From assembly GCA_043228905.1 (NCBI GenBank), contig JBHGNT010001000.1:1-13066 (forward strand): DNA of 13,066 bases, in the 5' to 3' direction. This document shows positions 1 to 8,548 of the stretch, one piece after another. Position numbers and translations under genes: made by a program. Under the pieces are notes generated by a model. It was not told the DNA's origin, ran no database searches, and worked only from the letters and a program-made list of their open reading frames with translations. Source of the DNA: Azolla caroliniana (lineage: Eukaryota > Plantae > Polypodiophyta). Every line of letters begins with the position of its first letter. Positions within the stretch are counted from its first letter, which is position 1.

Positions 1-334
1 AAGCACAAACGAGCAGTGACCACGTCGTTGGAATGGCTGCAAACCTCATCCATTTGCCCTCGTAGGTAGCTGATAAACGCAAACCATATGTCCATGTTCA
101 CTTCCTTCGGGGGTCGTATCGGATCTTGGAAGCCTTTAGGCAACGCACTTTCCATACATACCACAGGGTGAAGCCTGCGATCAACATCCAAATTTCCGAG
201 AACCTAGGGGATTTGGACTGCAAGCCTCTCTCAAAACGGATCTTGACGATTTTACCTCTCGTGCATATGTAGCACCAATTATCCACATTGAAGGCGTCTG
301 TCCACCTATCAACAGAGTGATCAATCCATGCCGC
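1..334 (-). mobile_element. 5'-truncated non-LTR (L1-type LINE) retrotransposon fragment, ORF2 C-terminal region, frameshifted; runs off the window edge
   Basis: The minus strand reads AAWIDHSVDRWTDAFNVDNW...EIWMLIAGFTLWYVWKVRCLKA. After a 1-nt frameshift near 130 it continues (F)QDPIRPPKEVNMDIWFAFISYLRGQMDEVCSHSNDVVTARLC. LWxxWKxRC followed by PPxExxxxIW resembles the post-zf-RVT C-terminus of plant LINE ORF2. Composition switches abruptly to AT-rich at ~335. Confidence 0.65.
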
Positions 335-819
335 TTTTTATTTTCATTCTCAATGTTAATGTCTTTCTTTGATTTATTTCAATTTCCAAACAAGAATATG
401 AAGTGTTTGATAAACCCAAACCACATGTTTCACAATAAACAATTTTGGATTAATACCTGCAAGTCCTTGAGAGCCACTATTGTCATCTTGACATGAGGGC
501 ATTCATTTCCATGTAAACATTTTGAGTGTCAAGGTTAGGGCATGTTAGGGCATGTTTTAATTTTCATTCTTAATGTTAATGTCTTTCTTTGATGTATTTC
601 AATTTCCAAACAAGAATATGAAGTGTTTGATAAACCCGAACCACGTGTTTCACAATAAACAACTTCGTATTAATACTTGCAAGTTCTCGAGAATGTAGCC
701 ACTATTCTAAATTGTATTTGCTTTGCATTGGTAATGGAAACTATGCTGTAGTTTAAAAAACAAATAAAAAAATGTAACCATTATTGTCATCTTAACATGA
801 GGGCATTCATTTCCATGTA
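335..819 (+). repeat. Local direct duplication: copy 1 ~335-515, copy 2 ~555-819 (220-bp offset); copy 2 carries an extra ~80 bp
   Basis: TTTTCATTCT.AATGTTAATGTCTTTCTTTGAT.TATTTCAATTTCCAAACAAGAATATGAAGTGTTTGATAAACCC starts at 341 and 561. Both copies end TATTGTCATCTT.ACATGAGGGCATTCATTTCCATGTA. The spacer contains (GTTAGGGCAT)x2 at 534-553. Confidence 0.95.
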
Positions 820-1332
820 TAGAAACGAGTTGTCAAACATGTTTGTCTCGATGAAGCATCTTATAATAAATTTATCAACGCATTTGCATCCATACGAGCA
901 TAGACTAGCTTTGAACACTATAAGGATGACTAATAAGTATCGACAAAAGTTGAAAGTTCAATTGTGGTTGCGTGCATTTATGTGTAGCACTAGAATAGCA
1001 TACACATCTAAAGAGAAGAAATAGACATGTAACCTAACCTTTATTATACCAAAGCAATGATGCGATTTCTATATACTATTGATGTAGTTGCAATTCACTT
1101 TTCGGATGCTTTAAAACTATGTACTTACAACCTTCTAATTATATAATGGACATCATTGATATTTCGGATTGATTGATGCTACTTATCTATGTGTTGTACA
1201 ATGCGAGCACATATCGACACGTAGATATAAATTAAGGTGTTTCCTTTATAATGACATCCATAGAATGATATGGTGTGGTTGTATGAGGTAATTAATTCTT
1301 CCAAGGAAAACCTGGTTCTCCTAAATGTAGAA

Positions 1333-1351
1333 GAATGAATGAATGAATGAA
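1333..1351 (+). repeat. (GAAT)n microsatellite
   Basis: GAATGAATGAATGAATGAA read directly. Confidence 0.85.
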
Positions 1352-1622
1352 ACGAGATTTAGGTAGTTTGCTATTATTCATCTCTTTATAGCCTCAATTA
1401 TTGGTTCTTGTATGGACAATATATAGCCACACATGATTATCTTATATCACTGTACATATAACCCTTTTAATAGAAATGAGTATAATTATGTTACAATCTT
1501 ACAAATGGAGAGTGTGCACAATGTTGAGTTCCACACACTAATCCAAGTGTCTTAACAATGTGAGAGTTTAAGCTTTATAATATACTAGAAGATATTTTGG
1601 TATAAAGGTAAAGTGAGAAACC

Positions 1623-2618
1623 AAGGTGATGTGTAAGGTATGTGAAGAGTCAAGTATGGAAAATCATAACAAAATATTTCTACATGTTACTTAGAAAAGT
1701 AACTCCGTTTCCTAATAACTACCCCTTCGTCAACATACTTTAAAATGTGACCACAAATACCAATATGTATGTTACACTGGTTGCAATAAGAAAAGGCTGT
1801 TGGGAGGCCTACTCAAAATAGGACACAATGAGATGAAAAAAGTTCCGAAATATCAACAACGTGTGCGAATTAAATTGGAGGATATGTTGATCAATGTTCA
1901 AATTTAGCAAGCTTCTGCATATATTGTATTAACATGCATTTTTTTCACTGGCCACATAAAGTTTTTCACAAGCAATCACAAAAGTTCAAAGTCCTTGAGA
2001 TTGGTAAGTTGTAGCCAAGAGGTTCTTGAAGCATGTGAGATAGAGAGACATTGACAGAACGACCGATGAGGTTATTAGGACCACTCACTAGTACTAGGGC
2101 ACAATTAGGTTTTTAAGAGATGAAATAAAGCAAACTACTTTACAAGTTTTGTTCGTGTTCATATTTTTGTTCCAAATAACTTAGAGATAGTAGTATAGAT
2201 ATGTTGGTATTACACATTTCCACAAACCTTTTCAGTATTTGTATGAAGTTATATGCTTGAACATATATAGAGTTATATGCTTTGACATATATACATTAGG
2301 TTTAACATGTAATGAGACTGTGAATTATGATAAATCATGATAACAAATTTTGAATTCCATGCATTTTGAAGCGTTGGCAAAGGTTAATTGAATTTGAAAT
2401 AGTTGTGCCACATACCTATAACTTTAAAGAGTTCCCAAACTCTAATACGGTATAACTTACATGCTATAGCCTTAAAACTTGGCAAGAGATTTCAAATCCT
2501 CATATGAATGCCTATAACGAGCTAAAAACTAGAAATAGTTGCTAGACAATACATATATGTAATTTTGGTGACATGCAATGAACCTATTTGGGAGAACTTT
2601 CTTCATTTCTGGGGATAA
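1623..2618 (+). pseudogene. Probable highly decayed hAT-superfamily transposase (TTF-type zinc finger to C-terminal dimerisation domain)
   Basis: One frame from 1623 gives KVMCKVCEESS...LRQHTLKCDHK (C-x2-C-x30-H-x5-H, with internal stops). Later fragments are VLEACEI (~2022), KPFQYLYEV (~2224), one frame EFPN...HMNAYNELKTRNS (2429-2539, cf. hAT dimerisation consensus FPNL...FSxMNxIKTxxRNxL) and PIWENFLHFWG* (2583-2618). The order is collinear, but there are many stops and frameshifts. Confidence 0.35.
2247..2294 (+). repeat. 24-bp tandem duplication
   Basis: AGTTATATGCTTGAACATATATAG followed by AGTTATATGCTTTGACATATATAC. Confidence 0.8.
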
Positions 2619-3358
2619 CCATATTCCCCCAGTTAAACATTCACATGACATGAAGATTCTATTTCATTCAATAAACACTACTATTATATGGTATATGGTT
2701 CAACTCAGTCATAAGATATCCCATATGTAGTATGGGTGCACTACAAAACATTAAAATATATTACATAAGGAGAGTAAAGGTTGGTATCATAAAGATTCCC
2801 TTATAACTGCCACTCGACAAGCTCTAGAGTGGAAGGGGGTTTGATCACAAAGGTTGAGGATATTAGGTAGATGTCAAATGGAACGATTTTACTTTGCAAG
2901 TATATGGTCAAGAGTCTATAATTTAGTAAAGAAGATATTCACACATGTATATTGTTCTTTTAGGATCGAACACTTTAAAGATTAAGTCAATTCACCAATA
3001 AGAAGTAGAATTGCAATTGACTAACAAAATTTTAAATGGGAAAGATCTTAGAAGTGACATAACTATATATAAATATATTAATGGAAATAAGGATTAGAAT
3101 TGACATAAAGCTCACTAGAAACAAAGATTAGCATCGTTCTCCAGGATTGTGGAACCGGGACATAGATGGTGATATAAAAAGTTTTCTCTATCTATTTTGA
3201 CAAGCAAAATGGCCTAGACTATGTTTTGTTTTTAAAACAATGGAATCCAAATTTTGAATTGATTTCTAACTTAACGGAAACAAAACATAGAATTATCACT
3301 TACGTCCATGAAGTTTGGACATAGATGGCAATGTAAAGAAACATTGAGATGAGTTGAC

Positions 3359-4075
3359 GAGTCATACGATTGAGTCGATGCATAATGATCTCTTTAACAA
3401 CCAACGTATTGTATACTACTTGATATTGAACGAGACATGCGATTGAGTTAATGCATAATAATATCATTAACAAACAACGAATTGTATATTGAGCAACATT
3501 CAATGAGACATATGATTGGGTCAATGCATTATAATACTTGTTAACAATCGATGAATTGTACATATTGATCGACATTGAACGAGACATGTGATTGAGTTGA
3601 TGCATAATAATATCGTTAACAAACGATGAATTGTATACATAGCAACATTCAAAGAGACATGTGATTGGGTCGATGCATTATAATATCATTAACAATCACC
3701 GAATTGTATAATGATCAACATTCAACTATACTTAACAACATTCAACGAGACATGCGATTGAGTCGATGCATAATAATATCGTTAACAATCGATGAATTGT
3801 ATACTGATCAACATTCAACAAGACATGTGATTGAGTCGATGCATAATAATATCGAACTAACAATTATCGACGAATTGTATATTGATCAACATTCAACGAG
3901 AGACATGCGATTGAGTGGACGCATAATAATTTTGTTGACAATCAATCAACGAATTGTATACTCCATCGATACAATTCCATCGACATTCAATCGAGTCATG
4001 CGATTGAGTCGACGACGCAATTACAATATCGTTAACAATCGAATCGGCGTTGAAGGAGTCATGTGATTGAGTTGA
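3359..4075. repeat. Tandem array (minisatellite) of a ~73-bp unit, about 9-10 copies, upstream of the GT32 gene
   Basis: Representative unit: GAGACATGCGATTGAGTCGATGCATAATAATATCGTTAACAATCGATGAATTGTATACTGATCAACATTCAAC. Unit starts are ~3359, 3432, 3505, 3581, 3654, 3747, 3820, 3900, 3993 and 4056 (last partial). Longer units carry small internal duplications. Confidence 0.95.
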
Positions 4076-4319
4076 GGAGGTCACCATACCTTTGGATCTT
4101 TTTCCTTTCCTAGTTAGAAGATTCAAGAATGGCTGTCTTTAGGTAATAAATTAAGTACATGGGACTTAATGTAGATAGAAAGAGAGAAACAGTCAGAAGG
4201 AGGAAATGGGCATTATTATGGACCCTTATTTTGAACCAATCCATTCATTTTTCTTTGTTGAAAGGGGGCATCAGAAGCAGGAATAATTTAAAAGTTCTCT
4301 CCTTTTTTTTTTGGTGGAA

Positions 4320-6125
4320 ATGAAAGGAACAAAAAATTTAAGAGCAGAAATGGCTATGGCGGCCATGGCATCTTCACATAAGCTCTCATCCTCCTCCTCC
4401 TGCAAGAATCAAACCATAGCTTCTGCTTACTACATTTCTTCCCCTCTGCTCTTCATGATCCTCATCTTCTTATTCTTCACTCTCGTCTCCTTGCCTCTCC
4501 AATCCCTCCTCTTTCTCATTAATTTCCACAACAATTCTTCTTCTTCTTCTTCTGTTGTTCCCTTACTGAATAATCATAATGACGACGATGATGATCACGC
4601 AGATAGCTTCTACTCAATCGCCCACCATCAGGATCAAGTATACTCAATCGCCCACCATCATAATCATGCCCATAATCAAGTATACTCAATCGCCCACCAT
4701 CATAATCATGTCCATGATCATCAGGATCAAGTATACCCAATCGCCCACCATCACATTCCTCAGAAATTGGTCGATCTCCATGAACCACCCATCAAGGTAA
4801 TGCTAGATCCAACCAATTCAGATGATATCGCCCATCATTTCATCAATCAGTCTCACCATAGTAACAATAAGAGTAACAACTCTACCATTTCTGGCTCTTA
4901 TAATTACCATGCCAGCAGCATTAATCCTCCTCCACAACCCAGTGTTAACTCGACAGGCGTGGAGAGGCGGCGATGGATCCGCGCGAATTGGAATAGCTTG
5001 AAGATCCTCCATTCCGATGACGATCTCGCCCGCAAATTCTCTAAGAGGATCGATGCATTTCTCGCAGGAATTGATCGCAATAATGCAGGCCAAAAACCTA
5101 AATTTAGCATCGATAATCATGCATACCATAATGACCTAGATCTCGACCATAATCATCATCATCATCATCATCGTGGTCGGCGGCTTCTACCCCTTAATCC
5201 TAGTACACCACAATCTAGTAGTGGCCCTTGCAAGATGAGATTCTTCATGACATGGATCTCCGCCTTGAGCTCGTTCGGGCCCCGGGAGCATCTCGCGCTC
5301 GAGAGCATATTCAAGTCACATCCCGATGCGTGCCTCATCATCCTATCCCATACCTTCGATACCCCGGCTGGGGCCGAGATTCTACGCCCGTTCCTACGCG
5401 CGGGATTCCGTGTCACGGCCATCACCCCTGATCTCTCGTACCTCTCGAGCTCCACCCCAGCTTCAAAATGGCTCCAAGACCTCCGTGGGGGCCGCATCGA
5501 CCCTGGCCACATCAGCATTGGCCAGAACCTCTCCAACCTCCTACGCCTCCTTGTGCTCTACAAGTACGGCGGCACGTACCTTGACACCGACATCGTGGTC
5601 ACGCGGAGCTTCGGGAACCTCAACAACACGATTGGTGCCCAGAATGCCGACAAGGAGACAAGAGCATGGACCCGGCTCAACAACGCGGTCATGGTCTTCG
5701 ACAAGAGGAACCCCTTGTTGGCGAGGTTCATCGCCGACTTCTGCTTGACCTTCAATGGGAGCAAGTGGGGACACAATGGGCCTTACCTTGTCACAAGGGT
5801 GGTCTTGAGCTCGAAAAGGCGTTATTCGTATGCTACCCTTAGATCACATTGCAAGGTGTTGAAGCCGATTGCATTCTATCCCGTGGACTGGGACCATATA
5901 ACAAGTTTCTTCCGGGCGCCTATTGATGACCTCGAGGCTCGTTGGGTCTCTGCCAAGTTGTCGCAACTCAAGCGGAGTTCATACGCAGTCCACCTTTGGA
6001 ATAAGCTGAGCCGAGACATCGAGATCGAGTCCGGGAGCATCATGGACTTGGTATTTCGACGAGTCTGTGTCTTTTGCGACAACACCACCCTCCACAATGC
6101 ACTCAAAGGGATCACAAGCTCATGA
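4320..6125 (+). CDS. Alpha-1,4-glycosyltransferase family protein (CAZy GT32; lactosylceramide 4-alpha-galactosyltransferase-like), predicted type II Golgi membrane protein, intronless, ~601 aa
   Basis: Uninterrupted ORF with family motifs RFFMTWIS, ESIFKSHPDACL, QNLSNLLRL..LYKYGGTYLDTD (DxD at 5583-5591), LNNAVMVF, KWGHNGPYLVTRV, AFYPVDW and VHLWNK. A hydrophobic anchor PLLFMILIFLFFTLVSLPLQSLLFLI lies at ~4443-4520. The first ATG is 4320; ATG 4350 (gaaATGGC) has the better plant initiation context. The TTG start at 4311 in the ORF track is unlikely in a plant. Confidence 0.93.
   Translation: MKGTKNLRAEMAMAAMASSHKLSSSSSCKNQTIASAYYISSPLLFMILIFLFFTLVSLPLQSLLFLINFHNNSSSSSSVVPLLNNHNDDDDDHADSFYSIAHHQDQVYSIAHHHNHAHNQVYSIAHHHNHVHDHQDQVYPIAHHHIPQKLVDLHEPPIKVMLDPTNSDDIAHHFINQSHHSNNKSNNSTISGSYNYHASSINPPPQPSVNSTGVERRRWIRANWNSLKILHSDDDLARKFSKRIDAFLAGIDRNNAGQKPKFSIDNHAYHNDLDLDHNHHHHHHRGRRLLPLNPSTPQSSSGPCKMRFFMTWISALSSFGPREHLALESIFKSHPDACLIILSHTFDTPAGAEILRPFLRAGFRVTAITPDLSYLSSSTPASKWLQDLRGGRIDPGHISIGQNLSNLLRLLVLYKYGGTYLDTDIVVTRSFGNLNNTIGAQNADKETRAWTRLNNAVMVFDKRNPLLARFIADFCLTFNGSKWGHNGPYLVTRVVLSSKRRYSYATLRSHCKVLKPIAFYPVDWDHITSFFRAPIDDLEARWVSAKLSQLKRSSYAVHLWNKLSRDIEIESGSIMDLVFRRVCVFCDNTTLHNALKGITSS
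4611..4754 (+). repeat. In-frame coding tandem repeat (YSIAHH x4) in the GT32 stem
   Basis: TAC(T/C)CAATCGCCCACCATCA starts at 4611, 4641, 4683 and 4734. Spacings of 30, 42 and 51 nt are all multiples of 3. Confidence 0.95.
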
Positions 6126-6350
6126 TTATATATACATATATATCATCATCATTATTTGGCTCATCATATGGTGCTAATCATCGTATGGTATATACCATTT
6201 TTTTATACACATTAGTATCATTGTTAACTCCCTACTTAACAATGTTTTGTATGCATTAACTATACTGTGAATCAATTGTACAATTTAATGGTCAACATGA
6301 GAAGAAAATTTTGCATTAATAAGGTGTTTAATTCATTTAACAATCTTGTA

Positions 6351-6844
6351 AACATTAATTGTCTTATAATATGTGCATCTAGTTTTAAATACCAAGGTAT
6401 GATAAGTTTTGTCATTGGAAAAAAGGTCACTCATTCCTTCACCATGTGAATATGGATCATTGAGCTCTATCTGCACTTAGTCTCAAACTAGGAGGTTTGG
6501 ATCTCATGGCCATGATAATGGTCATCCATTAGTACTACATCAAAGTAATTGTCCACTAATATTCATATGTGGAGGGCCACAATCCACATCAATGAAAAGT
6601 ATTGCAAGCTGGTGTTAGAGCAGATTGGAACATTAATTGGATTAATTAAATATAAATACATGATAATTTGTCATTGGAAAAAGGTCATTCATTCTCCATG
6701 TTAATATGGTTCACTTGGCTCAAGCTCCCTTAATTTGAAACTACAACATTAGGATCTCGTAATCACGATGATGGCCACCCACTAGTACTATGACAATGTA
6801 AACTTCCACTGGAGTACATCTATCGAGTACCACAATCCACAATG
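6351..6844 (+). repeat. Diverged direct duplication downstream of the gene (~6351-6594 and ~6629-6844)
   Basis: Collinear shared blocks: AACATTAATTG, TGATAA..TTGTCATTGGAAAAA(A)GGTCA.TCATTC, CCATGT.AATATGG.TCA, GGATCTC.T, CCA.TAGTACTA, TCCACT, CCACAATCCACA. Confidence 0.85.
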
Positions 6845-7214
6845 TCATATTGCTCCATTAGGCCCCGCTCACAAGCCCAATAAGTTTTAAGTCCTATTGT
6901 CATAGGAAATAATAGCTTTGCTTATTCTATTTTTAGGAGTAACACTAAGCAACCATAACAAGGTACATGTACCATGTTGGTTTAGCAAGGAATACATAAT
7001 ATTTCATGCTCATATGCATCTAAGATTTCTTTCATGTACACATCCCAACATGCTTTCTTTGCTTTGGTCACATTTGCATATTAGGGATGCAACTTGATTG
7101 TCCTCTATCTATGTGTCTACTATTTCCTTCTTGGCCAAACTTCAATTTACAAATTAGGGATCCAATTTGAGTGCTCTCTTTGGTGTATGCCATACCACTA
7201 TTTTCAATAGCTTA

Positions 7215-7450
7215 GGAAAGTGGTAAATTACCAACTCTTTGTCTTTGATTGGTACATTTCTATTGTTTTTTAAGCGCAATTGGCTCAATCAATAGGCTAG
7301 CCACTAAGGTGAACCTATCTCTCTCAACCAACTAAAGGCACAAGACCCAAATATTGCGTAAGTGATGTGCGAAGTACTCCTAGTGTTTTATCAATTGTAA
7401 GACGTTCTTTTTAGTAAAATCATATCTCTAGAAAAAACTACCACTTTTCC
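7215..7450. mobile_element. Candidate degenerate MITE
   Basis: Inverted ends GGAAAGTGGTA (7215-7225) and TACCACTTTTCC (7439-7450) around a non-coding interior. No clean target-site duplication. Confidence 0.22.
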
Positions 7451-8200
7451 ATTATTTTATGAACATGGCCTATTTTAATGCTATACTATCTCCCAATCCT
7501 TGGATTGTGGAAAAGATCTTGAGACGATCAAACTTACATGAGAAAAATGTTAATGAATTATGTGGTACTCCCACATCTATACATTTGTTTCGTAATAATA
7601 CTTTCAAAAATATATAAACACAATGCTTTTTACATTTTGCGTAAACACATAGTGTCTAATACAGTTACCATTATCTAGACAATGTGATGGTGTTTCAATT
7701 ATGAATAGTGAACTTGCATAGTCTCATATACAATAAACCTATGAAAGAAATATGCAAATATGTACATGAATTCGTACATCGAAACAAATATCGAGCTTAC
7801 TATATTTGAATTCGAACACAACATAAGCATTTAATAGCAATCACAATATATCTTCTCCTCCACACCAAGAGTTTTGTTAGTTGGTAAAATAGTGCAATTT
7901 ATGCTTGTGCACCTTGAAATAAATGTGCATGTACACCCTCCCTCCGTTAAAGGCCATAGGATCAGGCTCGTGCTGGCCGGCAATGATTGCCACTGGTTTA
8001 TAGCTCTTAACTAATGGGAAAGTAGATCTTTTTTTTGTTGGAAAAATGAATATTAAAAATAAAATCCAACTTAAAATAGAGGGGCGGAGGAGAAAACGGT
8101 GACTTAGATATATAAAAATTACATACTTCTTTCAAAGGTAGAGTTATCATTTTGTGAGTTATTTACTTGCTCACATGAATGCAACCCACATATTAAATGT

Positions 8201-8222
8201 TTCACAGGTTGGTATCAAGTGC
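8201..8222 (+). mobile_element. Candidate LTR end plus tRNA-iMet primer-binding-site remnant
   Basis: TTCACA-ggt-TGGTATCAAGTGC resembles an LTR-terminal CA followed by the Met PBS TGGTATCAGAGC. No recognisable gag follows. Confidence 0.25.
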
Positions 8223-8548
8223 ATTTAACTAATAAATTTAGGCCATTTATTGAGCTTAAGAGTTTGCTCAAATGAACATCTCTAAGAAATTGTGACATAT
8301 ATACAATCCAAGCTTGAATGAATCAAAACCTCATACATGAAGAAACCATGGTGATGTGTGTGTGCAAGTTCCTAGTTCCCAATTCCCAATTCAAACACTA
8401 TAGGGGGGGCCTCAATGTGTACAACATATGCGTTATTGATGACATATGTGAGCTCAACCGTGTTGAGCTCATAATGAGTCCCCAAAGTGCCCCAACAATC
8501 TTAACCCTAGTCCCAATTACTTTTGAAAACTCATGCATTGTTATTCAC

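Noticed and set aside
534-556. Telomere-like TTAGGG
   Set aside because: Only two copies, as part of a 10-bp GTTAGGGCAT duplication; not a telomeric array.
797-1024. 75-aa ORF, and similar short AT-rich ORFs at 6267, 8913 and 12538
   Set aside because: No domain motifs; they overlap repeats or the antisense of TE remnants.
1440-1557. Solo-LTR remnant (ends ATCCAAGTGTCTTAACA, similar to 12066-12085)
   Set aside because: The similarity covers under 20 bp, with no definable other end or TSD.
2739-2795. CACTACAAAA (CACTA TIR-like) and TGGTATCATA (PBS-like)
   Set aside because: No matching inverted partner or TSD for the TIR, and no LTR-terminal CA before the PBS-like word.
3359-4075. CRISPR-like array
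   Set aside because: Whole units are repeated with no unique spacers, there are no cas genes, and the context is eukaryotic.
3300-4126. ORFs 3300-3605 (-), 3665-4066 (+) and 3893-4126 (-)
   Set aside because: They are translations of the 73-bp array. The unit is not a multiple of 3 and the peptide repeats drift between frames.
5154-5171. His6 as an engineered tag or vector contamination
   Set aside because: It is an internal (CAT)6 slippage tract in a generally His-rich region, with no vector sequence nearby.
4519-6259. Overlapping and antisense ORFs across the GT32 gene
   Set aside because: Expected shadows of a GC-rich, repeat-containing CDS, with no recognisable motifs.
7870-8040. tRNA-derived SINE or tRNA (TAGTTGGTAAAATAGTGC is A-box-like)
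   Set aside because: No B-box or cloverleaf could be found.
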